Source of the DNA: a bacterium
GTDB lineage: Bacteria; Patescibacteriota; Minisyncoccia; Phycocordibacterales; CAIZLB01
Direction: 5' to 3'
DNA length: 64,000 nt
NCBI GenBank assembly: GCA_031411135.1
Contig: JANOAN010000013.1
Coordinates: 152,424-216,423, forward strand
Every line of letters begins with the position of its first letter. Position 1 is the stretch's first letter. Under the pieces are notes generated by a model. The model was not told the origin of the DNA. It ran no database searches and saw only the letters and a program-made list of their open reading frames with translations. This document shows positions 47,363 to 56,815 of the stretch, piece after piece. The position numbers and the translations under genes are program-made.

Positions 47363-49108
47363 TTATTCTGAAGCTACTCGCAAAATTTCTTCAATTGTAG
47401 TCTGCCCCATCACGCACTTAAAAATACCGTCTTCAAACATAGTAATCATGTTTTCCTTTCGAGCCTGCGCCTGAATTGCATCAGAGGTTCCACCCTTAAT
47501 CACAATATCCTTAATTGTGGGCGTCATTTTAAGCACCTCGTGAATTCCGATTCGACTCTTGAAACCATCATCTGAATCAGAGACTGGCTTTGCTCTATAG
47601 AACGGAACCTCTTTCCAAGTAGCCTCTTTCGGTACAATATTTTCTGTTTTTAATTCGGCAAGCACGCGGTCGATATCAATTTTTTTTGCTAATGCTGCCA
47701 GTTCCGCTTCATTCAAGAAATATTTTTCCTTTGTATCAGACAGCTTTCTAACAAGTCTTTGCGCCACAACAACTGATAAAGTAGAGACCAAAAGGAACGG
47801 CTCGCAGTGCATATCGATAAGTCTTGGAATCGATCCCGCCGCACTGTTAGTGTGCAATGTTGAAAGGACCAAGTGTCCGGTAAGTGCAGCATTAATACCG
47901 AGGGATGCCGTTTCATTGTCTCGAATTTCTCCTACCATAATCACATCTGGATCCTGTCGCATCAATGATCGAAGACCGTTCGCAAAAGTAAACCCGATTT
48001 CAGGCTTTACCTGAGTCTGATTAATTCGCTTCATTTGATATTCAATCGGGTCTTCAACAGTGGAAATATTAACATCAGGAGTATTCAAAAGATCTAGAAT
48101 TGTATAGAGGGTTGTAGATTTTCCAGAACCTGTTGGTCCTGTAACCAGAATCATACCGTGCGATAAATTTGTTGCTTGATGTAAAAGTTCTAATCCCCGA
48201 CCGTGAAAGCCTAATTTCTCGAGAGTAAACCCAGAAACATTCTCTCGAAGAAGTCGCATTACGGTTTTCTCTCCATAGTTAGTTGGCAAAACAGAAACTC
48301 GAAACGAAACTTTTTCGCCATTTAATTCGATTTTAAATCTTCCATCCTGTGGTAAACGTTTTTCGTCCAATTTCAGACTTGAAAGCACTTTGATACGAGC
48401 GGTGATAGAGGGTCCAACATTTTTTGGAAGGATCATCGCATCGTGAAGCATACCGTCGATTCGATAACGCACAATAACTTCTGTTTCCATTTGTTCAATG
48501 TGAATATCAGATGCATCTTGTAAAATCGCGTGTTTCAACAATGTGTCCACAATTCGGATAACAGGAAGGTCGTCTGCCATCTTTCGTAAGTCATCTCCGG
48601 AGATGTCTCCTTCTGGAATAATAGTTTTTAAATTTGCTGATTCTTGCTGAATGATGTCACCAAAATCTGCTTTCAAAGTTTTTTGGTACTGAACAAGTGC
48701 GCTCTTTATAGAATCAGTTGTTGTCAGTCGAGAAAATATTTTTAGGTTTGTTTTCTTTTTTACAAAGTCAATTGCAGCGAGGTCGCTTGGGTCAAGCATC
48801 GCTACCTCAAGTGAGTCTGTGGTTTTTTTATATGCGACTATATTGTGATTTCTCGCGATCGGTTCGGGGATAAGTGAGAGGACAGAAAATTCTAGTTTTT
48901 CTTTTTTTAGGTCAATAAAGGGAATAGCGAGGACTTTGGCCTGAACACGACGAAAATCATCTTCACTGATTTTAGCATTAGAAATTAAAATATCACCGAG
49001 AGGTTTATTTTTTTCTGCTGCCTCTTTTATAGCAGCATCAACATCAGCACGAGAAACTAGAGATGAATCAACCAAGCCTTTTTTTAGCTGTTCGGGTTCA
49101 ATATACAT
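47363..49108 (-). CDS. pilB: type IV pilus assembly ATPase PilB (GspE family)
   Basis: N-terminal GSPII_E_N-like domain, Walker A GPTGSGKST, and typical Asp and His boxes. Confidence 0.9.
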   Translation of the reverse strand: MYIEPEQLKKGLVDSSLVSRADVDAAIKEAAEKNKPLGDILISNAKISEDDFRRVQAKVLAIPFIDLKKEKLEFSVLSLIPEPIARNHNIVAYKKTTDSLEVAMLDPSDLAAIDFVKKKTNLKIFSRLTTTDSIKSALVQYQKTLKADFGDIIQQESANLKTIIPEGDISGDDLRKMADDLPVIRIVDTLLKHAILQDASDIHIEQMETEVIVRYRIDGMLHDAMILPKNVGPSITARIKVLSSLKLDEKRLPQDGRFKIELNGEKVSFRVSVLPTNYGEKTVMRLLRENVSGFTLEKLGFHGRGLELLHQATNLSHGMILVTGPTGSGKSTTLYTILDLLNTPDVNISTVEDPIEYQMKRINQTQVKPEIGFTFANGLRSLMRQDPDVIMVGEIRDNETASLGINAALTGHLVLSTLHTNSAAGSIPRLIDMHCEPFLLVSTLSVVVAQRLVRKLSDTKEKYFLNEAELAALAKKIDIDRVLAELKTENIVPKEATWKEVPFYRAKPVSDSDDGFKSRIGIHEVLKMTPTIKDIVIKGGTSDAIQAQARKENMITMFEDGIFKCVMGQTTIEEILRVASE

Positions 49109-49222
49109 TTCAATAGATATTATAGCAGAAAAAAATTAAGAAAAGTTAAGATCTTTTTGATTATTCTTAGCCTATCATTTATTAGAATTTTCCTAGTTAC
49201 AGAAAGGCCAAAGCTGTAACGC

Positions 49223-49292
49223 GGGGGTGCTTGCTGGAGCAGTGTCCATGCCTTGCCATCATGGACGGCGGGTTCGATCCCCGTCACCTCCA
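49223..49292 (+). ncRNA. tRNA-like minihelix (non-canonical; tmRNA-like T-arm and acceptor end with G3:U70)
   Basis: 5-prime GGGGGTG pairs with 3-prime CACCTCC (G3:U70 wobble). T-arm GCGGG-TTCGATC-CCCGT. The 3-prime end GGACGGCGGGTTCGATCCCCGTCACCTCCAC resembles tmRNA 3-prime ends. The D-arm is only 3 bp, and the anticodon-arm analog has a 7-bp stem with a 9-nt loop, so this is not a canonical tRNA. Confidence 0.3.
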
Positions 49293-49355
49293 CAACAATT
49301 GACAGGGTTTTAAGATTAAATATAATGTAAACTTGGTGGCAAGGCATGGATAAAA

Positions 49356-49385
49356 GAAAAACCGCTCGAGAGGGCGGTTTTTCAT
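49356..49385. terminator. bidirectional intrinsic terminator
   Basis: aaaaaccgc-tcgagagg-gcggttttt. Confidence 0.6.
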
Positions 49386-49763
49386 TCTACTGAGTTCAAC
49401 AAGTAAGTGCACCACTCTGTTAACCTAGAGTGATATGAATTACAAGCATTTGAGCATCGAAGAACGCGAAAAGATTCAAACAATGATATATACCGTCGCG
49501 CTAACCCTTCACTTGGTCACTCAACCAAAAACGAGCATCTCAATGACGTTCGAAACAAAAGAAAGGGTAAACTAAACAATCATCCACCAGACACTACCAA
49601 ATCAAGCCGGTGGACACGTGGCTACACCACGATAACCTTCAAGGACGCATCTCCTTTTGGTGCACTGAACAAGGTCGCAGCAACTTGCATTGAGGCCACA
49701 CTTATGCCAGTCATTCCAGCAGGAGTGATCATTTGTGGAGACGTCGAGTAACTCCACCACCAC

Positions 49764-49812
49764 AGCCCGCTCATCAGGATCGCCCCCTGCTTGCAGCGGG
49801 CTTTCCTTTTAT
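49764..49812 (+). terminator. intrinsic terminator in nusA leader
   Basis: agcccgct ... agcgggct 8-bp stem followed by ttcctttt. Confidence 0.5.
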
Positions 49813-49850
49813 TTGACACCACCCCTAAAATCCTTTATATTACTGTCACG

Positions 49851-49881
49851 AAAGATGTCCAGTTCGCCCCCAAAGGCGGAC
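49851..49881 (+). terminator. second intrinsic terminator 40 nt upstream of nusA start
   Basis: agttcgcc-cccaaa-ggcggact followed by ca ttttttt. Confidence 0.5.
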
Positions 49882-49920
49882 TCATTTTTTTAAAAAAACA
49901 ATTAAATAACAACTAAATAT

Positions 49921-51081
49921 ATGTTTGACTTAAAAGTAATCAATTCGGTATTAGATCAGCTAGAAGAAGAAAGAGGAATTCCTCGAGCAAAAGTAATGGA
50001 GGCAATCGAAATGTCTCTTGCTACTGCTTATAAAAAGGAATACGGACGACGTGGGCAGTTTATCCGCGCGGTTTTTGACTTGTCGACAGGTCAGACTGAA
50101 TTTACTCAGATAAAGATCGTAGTTGAGCCTTCTCAGGTTATAACTGACGAGCAATTAGAGGAAAATCCTGAATTAGCTTCAAAATTAGAGGGTGAAACAC
50201 CTGAAATGATCCGCTTTAGTGATGAACAGCACATATATTTGGAAAATGCCCAGAAGATCAAGAAAGACGTCAAAGTTGGCGACGAAATGATTTTCCCATT
50301 GGAATACAGAGATGATTTCAGCCGTATTTCTGCTCAGACTGCAAAGCAAGTAATCATCCAGAAGATCCGAGAAGCAGAGAAAACATCCGTTTTGGCTGAA
50401 TTTGGTAAAAAAGAAAATGAAATTGTTTCAGGTTCTGTTCAGCGAATGGAACGTGGAAACGTTTTTGTTGATATGGGACGAGCAGTTGGAATGTTGCCAT
50501 ACGAAGAACAAATTCCTAACGAACACTACAATCAGGGTGAAAGACTTCGAATGTTATTGGTTCGCGTAGAAGAAACTCCTAAGGGGATTTTCCTACGATT
50601 GTCTCGTTCTCATCCAAAATTCCTAGGTGAACTTTTCAGACTTGAAGTACCTGAAATCGCAAACGGTTCAGTTGAAATCAAATCGATTGCTCGTGAAGCA
50701 GGTGCAAGATCAAAAATTGCGGTTGCATCAGTAGATGCTCATATTGATCCAGTTGGTTCAATGGTAGGTCAGCGAGGAGTTCGAGTAAACACTGTTATGA
50801 GTGAGCTTGGTGGAGAAAAAATCGACATAATCGAATGGAATGCCGACCCAGCAGAATTCATCAAAGAATCCCTTTCTCCTGCAAAAATCCTAAATATCAC
50901 TATCAATGAAGCTGAAAAATCAGCGAAGGTAGAAGTTGCACCTGATCAGCAATCTCTTGCGATTGGAAAAGGTGGACAGAACGTACGCCTTGCAGCAAAA
51001 CTTACTGGATGGAGAATCGATATTCAGTCTACTGCAGCACCCATTGTTACAGAAGAACCAGCTCCCGAAGTTACAAATTAA
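49921..51081 (+). CDS. nusA: transcription termination/antitermination factor NusA
   Basis: 386 aa with N-terminal domain, S1 and two KH regions (LAIGKGGQNVRLA). Confidence 0.9.
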   Translation: MFDLKVINSVLDQLEEERGIPRAKVMEAIEMSLATAYKKEYGRRGQFIRAVFDLSTGQTEFTQIKIVVEPSQVITDEQLEENPELASKLEGETPEMIRFSDEQHIYLENAQKIKKDVKVGDEMIFPLEYRDDFSRISAQTAKQVIIQKIREAEKTSVLAEFGKKENEIVSGSVQRMERGNVFVDMGRAVGMLPYEEQIPNEHYNQGERLRMLLVRVEETPKGIFLRLSRSHPKFLGELFRLEVPEIANGSVEIKSIAREAGARSKIAVASVDAHIDPVGSMVGQRGVRVNTVMSELGGEKIDIIEWNADPAEFIKESLSPAKILNITINEAEKSAKVEVAPDQQSLAIGKGGQNVRLAAKLTGWRIDIQSTAAPIVTEEPAPEVTN

Positions 51082-51100
51082 TTAATTTCTAAAAAAATAT

Positions 51101-51631
51101 ATGTCAATGAACTTATGGCACGATCTTGAACCAGGATCAAAGGATTCAATTACAACTATTATCGAAATTAATAAGGGATCTAAAAACAAATACGAAATTG
51201 ATAAAAAAACAGGATTGATTGCACTTGATCGTGTACTTCACACTGCTCAGGATTACCCTTTCGATTATGGATTTGTTCCACAGACTTTGTGGGATGATGG
51301 AGACGCATTAGATGTGGTACTTCTTACAACATACCCTCTATTCCCAGGTTGTATGGTGAAGGTTCGACCTGTTGGAGTGATGTGGATGATTGATGGAGGA
51401 GACAGTGATGCAAAAATTATAGCTGTTCCTGAGGAAGATCCACGATTTGATAAAGTTAAAGATTTGAAAGATGTTAATCCACACTTTTTGAAAGAAATGG
51501 AACACTTCTTCTTAACTTACAAACAATTGCAGAAAAAGAGTGTCACAGTTGAAGGTTTCGATGGAGCAGAGAAAGCCATGGAAGCATTCGAGAAATCAGT
51601 CAAAGCTTACAAAGATAAATACGCAAAATAA
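51101..51631 (+). CDS. ppa: inorganic pyrophosphatase (family I)
   Basis: DYGFVPQTLWDDGDALDVVLL signature. Confidence 0.9.
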   Translation: MSMNLWHDLEPGSKDSITTIIEINKGSKNKYEIDKKTGLIALDRVLHTAQDYPFDYGFVPQTLWDDGDALDVVLLTTYPLFPGCMVKVRPVGVMWMIDGGDSDAKIIAVPEEDPRFDKVKDLKDVNPHFLKEMEHFFLTYKQLQKKSVTVEGFDGAEKAMEAFEKSVKAYKDKYAK

Positions 51632-51633
51632 AA

Positions 51634-52695
51634 ATGTCATCATTCAAAATCATAAGCAACAAACCAGTAGAAAACGAAGACTGCCGACAAGAAATTGTCA
51701 TCTCAATCGATAAAAAAACTGTTAATGAATACCGAGAAGAAGCAATTTCCAATGTTGGAGAAGGAATGAAAATTGACGGCTTTAGACCAGGACATGTGCC
51801 TGAGAAAGTTATCGTTGAGAGATTTGGTGAAGTTTTAATTACCGAAGAGGCAGGGAGACTAGCACTTGAGAAAATCTACCCAGATGTAATTGCAGAATCA
51901 AAGGTTGAAGCTATTGGAAATCCAGAAGTTGCGATTAACAAAATCGTTCCAAATGAAACTTTCGAAGTTAAAATTACTACTGCTACTCACCCGGAAATTA
52001 AAATCGCTGATTACAAAAAATTAGCGAAGGAAGTTAATGGCAAGAAGTCTGACGATACTGAAGCGACTGAAAAGGAAATTGAGGATGCAATCAAGGAATT
52101 ACAGAACCAGGTTGCTCACGATGATCACCACAAGAAAAACCCCGAGATCCAGGGCCACGATCACGGTGATTTAGCACTTCCAGAAGTGAATGAAGAATTT
52201 ATTAAGAAGTTTGGTGACTTTAAAACTGTTGATGAATTTAAGACAAAGATAAAAGACAGCATCAAGATTCAAAAAGTTCGAAAGGAACAGCAGAAAAAAC
52301 GAGTTGAACTTCTAGATGCAGTTATCACAAAGAGCACAATCAAAATGCCAAAAATTTTGGTTGAAAATGAACTTCATAGAATTGAATCAGAGATGACTCA
52401 TCAGATTGGGCAGATGGGATTGAAAGTTGATGATTATTTGAAGCATATTGGAAAGACAATTGAGGATTTGCGAAAGGATTGGGAGCCTGAGGGGTTGAAA
52501 CGTGCGCAGACTCAGGTTGTATTGAATGAGATTGCGAATAAGGAGACGATTAAACCTGAAGAAGAAGCTGTTAATAAAGAGGTGGCGATAATCATGAATC
52601 AGTATAAGGATACGGACAAGTTGCGCGCGATGATTTTCGTCGAGACGATGCTGACGAATGAGAAGGTGTGGCAATGGTTGGAGGGGGTTAAGTAA
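51634..52695 (+). CDS. tig: trigger factor (short form)
   Basis: N-terminal ribosome-binding GFRPGHVP signature. 353 aa. Confidence 0.75.
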   Translation: MSSFKIISNKPVENEDCRQEIVISIDKKTVNEYREEAISNVGEGMKIDGFRPGHVPEKVIVERFGEVLITEEAGRLALEKIYPDVIAESKVEAIGNPEVAINKIVPNETFEVKITTATHPEIKIADYKKLAKEVNGKKSDDTEATEKEIEDAIKELQNQVAHDDHHKKNPEIQGHDHGDLALPEVNEEFIKKFGDFKTVDEFKTKIKDSIKIQKVRKEQQKKRVELLDAVITKSTIKMPKILVENELHRIESEMTHQIGQMGLKVDDYLKHIGKTIEDLRKDWEPEGLKRAQTQVVLNEIANKETIKPEEEAVNKEVAIIMNQYKDTDKLRAMIFVETMLTNEKVWQWLEGVK

Positions 52696-52718
52696 TAATT
52701 CAAATTAAGTTATATTAC

Positions 52719-52746
52719 AAAAGCCCCGAGAGGGGCTTTTGTTTTT
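52719..52746. terminator. bidirectional intrinsic terminator after tig
   Basis: aaaagcccc-gaga-ggggcttttgttttt. Confidence 0.75.
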
Positions 52747-52759
52747 ATTAAGTAAAATA

Positions 52760-53005
52760 CTAATACTTATTATAAGTATTATCATCTCGATAGCCTATAA
52801 AGATAATTTCAGTATATTTTTCTATAGAAATATATATCACCCTTATCTTGCCAAGTTTCACTCGGAATAGGTTCTCGTGCCCTTTAATCTTCTTAACATT
52901 CAGTACTGAGGTTGACCTAGACTTAATTAAGAGAAGAACTTGCTCTACTCTTGATCTTTCCCTTGGATTTAGTTTTTTTAGAAACTTGTCGTTTTTGTCT
53001 GTCAT
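52760..53005 (-). CDS. RelE/ParE-family type II toxin
   Basis: 81 aa. ...KKIKGHENLFRVKLGKIRVIYISIEKYTEIIFIGYRDDNTY matches the RelE/ParE C-terminal pattern. Confidence 0.6.
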   Translation of the reverse strand: MTDKNDKFLKKLNPRERSRVEQVLLLIKSRSTSVLNVKKIKGHENLFRVKLGKIRVIYISIEKYTEIIFIGYRDDNTYNKY

Positions 53006-53276
53006 TCTCTATATATTTTTGGACCATTGCAATCGCATCATCTATTGGCATACCACGCCCTTTCTTATCTCTAAGGTCTAAGTTGTTCCAATGTCCCTCA
53101 TCTCCCCATTGATCCACGGGTTTGATTTTAAATACAGGTTTTGATTTGCGAAGTACCAAGAAACTTTCGCCCTTGCTAATGCGTTCTACATATTTGTCCA
53201 TGTTTTCTCTAAGTTCACGCAAGCCAACAACTTTTGGTTCCATATTTGATTGCTTTTTTTGTCTAGTATTTTTCAT
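52923..53276 (-). CDS. type II antitoxin (Phd/YefM- or RelB-like)
   Basis: VVGLRELRENMDKYVERISKGESFLVLRKSKPVFKI is an antitoxin-like N-terminal domain. Lys-rich tail overlaps the toxin start by 83 nt. Confidence 0.45.
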   Translation of the reverse strand: MKNTRQKKQSNMEPKVVGLRELRENMDKYVERISKGESFLVLRKSKPVFKIKPVDQWGDEGHWNNLDLRDKKGRGMPIDDAIAMVQKYIENDRQKRQVSKKTKSKGKIKSRASSSLN

Positions 53277-53384
53277 GTAACAAGTTTAACATAAGATTAA
53301 CATGCTACAAGTTCCCTTCGACCCACTATTATGTTGGGATTTTGGAATTTTATATAAAGGAGATGAATTTTTGATAAAGAAAAA

Positions 53385-54128
53385 CTAAAAAATAAATGAG
53401 GCAACCCCCACAATCGCCGCAGTTTCCGCCCTCAACACATTCTCTCCAATACTAGCAACTATCACACCCTTATTTTTAAACATACTTCTCTCATCATCAG
53501 ACCACCCTCCCTCTGGACCAATAAATAGCAAAACTTTTTCACCAGAAATATTTTGCAATTTCTCACCATCCATATCTAAAATGACTTTTTTATCATATTC
53601 ATTTGAATCTAGTAGTGATTCCAAACTGTCTTCAGTTTTTATCTCCGGTACATCAACCCTTCCACACTGCTCGCTCGCTTCAATGGCAATCTTCTGCAAT
53701 CTCTCCAAATTCACTCCTTTCTTAACCACTCGATCAGTCAAAACCAAAATAATCCCTGAAACTCCTAACTCCGTAGCCTTTTCAACCACCATATCAGTGT
53801 GTTCCCCCTTCAAAATAGATAAAGCCAAGTAAACTTTAGACTTAGAATTAACAATGGGCGACTTCACCTCATCTAAAACTAACTTCGCTTTCTCATCTTT
53901 CTTTGAAAGTTCCACAATCTTTGCCTCAACCTCTATCTTTCCATCAAACAGAACCACCTCACTCCCTACTTCATACCTAAATACCCTCTTCCATTGCCTT
54001 ATAATCTCCTTTTGGTGATTTATAACTGCATTACCCTCCCCAACCTCTGGGTCAAAGTCAAAAACCGCAGGATTCCTTCCTAAAACTTCGCTTAAATCTT
54101 GACCTACAAAAAATCTATGGTGTCTCAT
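53385..54128 (-). CDS. rsmE: 16S rRNA (uracil1498-N3)-methyltransferase RsmE
   Basis: 247 aa, C-terminal [13 protein letters not shown]...[13 protein letters not shown] motif. Confidence 0.8.
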   Translation of the reverse strand: MRHHRFFVGQDLSEVLGRNPAVFDFDPEVGEGNAVINHQKEIIRQWKRVFRYEVGSEVVLFDGKIEVEAKIVELSKKDEKAKLVLDEVKSPIVNSKSKVYLALSILKGEHTDMVVEKATELGVSGIILVLTDRVVKKGVNLERLQKIAIEASEQCGRVDVPEIKTEDSLESLLDSNEYDKKVILDMDGEKLQNISGEKVLLFIGPEGGWSDDERSMFKNKGVIVASIGENVLRAETAAIVGVASFIF

Positions 54129-54187
54129 GCGTTTTTTATAAAAAATTTGACAGGGGTGTTATACTGTCTAAAACTAACACAAAAACA

Positions 54188-54760
54188 ATGCTTATACCAA
54201 CAGTAATCGAAAAATCACAGTTTGGGGAACGGGCTTATGACATTTATTCACGACTTCTAAGGGAAAATATAATTTTCTTGGGAGGACCAATTGATAGCAA
54301 CGTCGCCAGTATCGTTATCGCACAAATGCTATTTCTGCAATCAGAAAACCCAAAGAAAGACATCCAGCTTTATATAAACTCTCCTGGAGGTAGCGTGACA
54401 GATGGATTAGCCATTATTGATACTATGAACCATATTAAAAATGATGTTTCGACTATTTGCGTAGGAATGGCTGCCTCTATGGGAGCACACATTCTTTCAG
54501 CTGGAGCAAAAGGCAAGCGTCTTTCTCTTCCAAATTCAGAAATAATGATTCACCAACCACTAGGCGGAATCGAGGGACAGGCATCAGATATTGAAATTAC
54601 TGCAAAAAATATTATCATGATTCGCGAAAGACTTAATAAGATGATGGCAAAGAACACAGGGCAATCTGTTGATAAAATTGCAAAAGACATGGATAGAAAC
54701 TTCTGGATGACTGCAGACGAAGCTAAAAAATATGGAATTGTCGACAAGGTACTCTCTTAA
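54188..54760 (+). CDS. clpP: ATP-dependent Clp protease proteolytic subunit
   Basis: [19 protein letters not shown] ... [13 protein letters not shown] catalytic Ser/His context. Confidence 0.95.
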   Translation: MLIPTVIEKSQFGERAYDIYSRLLRENIIFLGGPIDSNVASIVIAQMLFLQSENPKKDIQLYINSPGGSVTDGLAIIDTMNHIKNDVSTICVGMAASMGAHILSAGAKGKRLSLPNSEIMIHQPLGGIEGQASDIEITAKNIIMIRERLNKMMAKNTGQSVDKIAKDMDRNFWMTADEAKKYGIVDKVLS

Positions 54761-54775
54761 CTAAAACAAAATCAA

Positions 54776-56308
54776 ATGATAAGCCTAAAAGCAGCACTCC
54801 TCGTAGCAACCCTCGCAGGAGGCTTAGGCTTTTCACTTGGATATATCATTAGAATATTAATTGCTATTGGTAAAAAAGGCTCTCTTGAAATTGATATTAG
54901 AAAAATGATGGTAAGTGCAAAGGAAGAAGCAAATCATGCTGTACTTAAGGCTGAAGAACAAGCAGCAGACACGTTAAAAAATGCTCGCGAAGAAGTAAAA
55001 GAACGAGAAGAAAATATTAAAAAAACTGAAGAACGTCTAGTCAAAAAAGAAGAGTTCTTGGACACACGCCAAGTAGAGACTGACAAGCAAATCGATGACG
55101 TAAATAAGGCTAAATTGGAAATTGAGGAAAATAAAGAGGAGGCAGAGAAAGCCTTAGAGAAGGCAGAGAAGGAGTTAAAGCGCATTGCAAAACTCGACAA
55201 GAAAGAAGCCCAATTCGAACTTTTCAAAAAAATTGAAGAAGAGGAAGAAGAAGCAATCAATTCTCGCCTTCGCAAATTAGAAATTGCGGGTGAAGATACG
55301 GTAAAAAGAGCTTCACAAGAAATTCTAGCTACAACTATTCAACGCCTCGCAACATCTGTATCATCAGATTTCTTTACATCATCAGTTCACATTGATTCAG
55401 AAGAAACAAAAGGAAAGATAATCGGTAAAGAAGGTAGAAATATTAAAACTTTTGAAAAAGAAACTGGAGTTGAAGTGGTTATCGATGACACGCCAAACAC
55501 TATTACCCTATCATCGTTCGACCCGGTTAGACGAGCTATTGCTAAACTCGCACTTGATGCCCTAATCAAAGACGGGCGCATACAACCTGCACGAATCGAA
55601 AAGGAGGTTGAAAATGCAAAAAAAGAAATCGGAAAAATTGTTAAAGAAAAGGGCGAGGAAGCAACTTACGCATGTGGAATTTTGAATCTTGATCCGCGTC
55701 TTGTTTCAATTTTGGGACGATTACACTTCCGAACTAGCTACGGACACAATGTTTTACAACATTCGATCGAATGTTCACATATTGCGGGTATTATTGCAGA
55801 AGAAATTGGTGCAAACGTTCGCGTCGCAAAGACAGCAGCACTACTTCACGATATTGGAAAGGCACTGGACCATGAGGTAGAAGGCACTCACGTTGAAATT
55901 GGAATAAAACTCCTCAAAAAGTTTGATGTTCACGACGATATTATTCGCGCAATGCGTTCTCACCACGAAGAATATCCTTATGACACAGTAGAATCACGCA
56001 TAGTTCAAACAGCGGACGCTATCTCTGGAGGACGACCTGGTGCAAGAAAGGATAACATCGAAAGCTACATGAAACGCCTAGCGGAATTGGAGCAAATTGC
56101 AACATCGTTTACAGGAGTAGAAAAGGCTTATGCTCTCCAAGCAGGCCGAGAAATAAGGGTTTTTATCAATCCAGCTGATATTGGAGACGTAGAGGCACGA
56201 AACCTTGCAAGAGATATCGCCCTTAAAATCGAATCCGAACTTCGCTACCCTGGTGAAATAAAGGTAACAGTCATACGAGAGACTCGAGTAATTGAAGTTG
56301 CAAGATAG
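54776..56308 (+). CDS. rny: ribonuclease Y
   Basis: N-terminal TM, coiled coil, KH domain (IIGKEGRNIKTFEKETG), and HD domain (LLHDIGKA). Confidence 0.9.
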   Translation: MISLKAALLVATLAGGLGFSLGYIIRILIAIGKKGSLEIDIRKMMVSAKEEANHAVLKAEEQAADTLKNAREEVKEREENIKKTEERLVKKEEFLDTRQVETDKQIDDVNKAKLEIEENKEEAEKALEKAEKELKRIAKLDKKEAQFELFKKIEEEEEEAINSRLRKLEIAGEDTVKRASQEILATTIQRLATSVSSDFFTSSVHIDSEETKGKIIGKEGRNIKTFEKETGVEVVIDDTPNTITLSSFDPVRRAIAKLALDALIKDGRIQPARIEKEVENAKKEIGKIVKEKGEEATYACGILNLDPRLVSILGRLHFRTSYGHNVLQHSIECSHIAGIIAEEIGANVRVAKTAALLHDIGKALDHEVEGTHVEIGIKLLKKFDVHDDIIRAMRSHHEEYPYDTVESRIVQTADAISGGRPGARKDNIESYMKRLAELEQIATSFTGVEKAYALQAGREIRVFINPADIGDVEARNLARDIALKIESELRYPGEIKVTVIRETRVIEVAR

Positions 56309-56422
56309 TCAAAACTACACCATATTTTAAATATTTTGCATGGTTTGCATTCAAAAAACCTTGATATATAATGGAATTACGCTAGGTGGTCGAAATTAGT
56401 CAAAAAGAAATTTAAAAAAATC

Positions 56423-56695
56423 ATGAACAAAGCAGGTCTTGCAGATGTAGTACACGGTATCATTAACTCAACTAAAGTTCAGGCTGAACAAGTAGTTGAT
56501 TCTGTTATCGATGCTATCATCAAGTCAGTTAAGAAAGGAGATGAAGTCTCTATTGCTGGTCTTGGTATTTTCTCTGCTAAGCAGAGAGCAGCTCGAACAG
56601 CGAGAAACCCTAGAACTGGAGAAGCAGTTAAGGTTCCAGCTATGCGAGTTCCAAAGTTCCGAGCAGCAAAGGCGTTTAAAGACGCAGTTAAATAA
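56423..56695 (+). CDS. hup: HU family DNA-binding protein
   Basis: 90 aa, GLGIFSAKQRAARTARNPRTGEAVKVPAMRVPKFRAAKAFKDAV HU arm. Confidence 0.9.
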   Translation: MNKAGLADVVHGIINSTKVQAEQVVDSVIDAIIKSVKKGDEVSIAGLGIFSAKQRAARTARNPRTGEAVKVPAMRVPKFRAAKAFKDAVK

Positions 56696-56725
56696 TCTTT
56701 TGGTTATTTAAACCCACTTAACAAA

Positions 56726-56757
56726 ATCGCTCACCGAAAGGTGGGCGATTTTGTTTT
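56726..56757 (+). terminator. strong intrinsic terminator after hup
   Basis: atcgctcacc-gaaa-ggtgggcgat (10-bp stem, GNRA loop) followed by tttgtttt. Confidence 0.8.
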
Positions 56758-56815
56758 GAGGAGAAGTTTAAGTTTTCTTTACAATTTCTTAATCTCTAAG
56801 TGATATACAGAGACC

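Noticed and set aside
49120-49347. 75-aa minus-strand ORF spanning the tRNA-like element
   Set aside because: No start context or homology. The region is better explained by RNA structure and the bidirectional terminator.
49622-49822. 66-aa minus-strand ORF in the nusA leader
   Set aside because: Overlaps the plus-strand terminator hairpin. Composition not protein-like.
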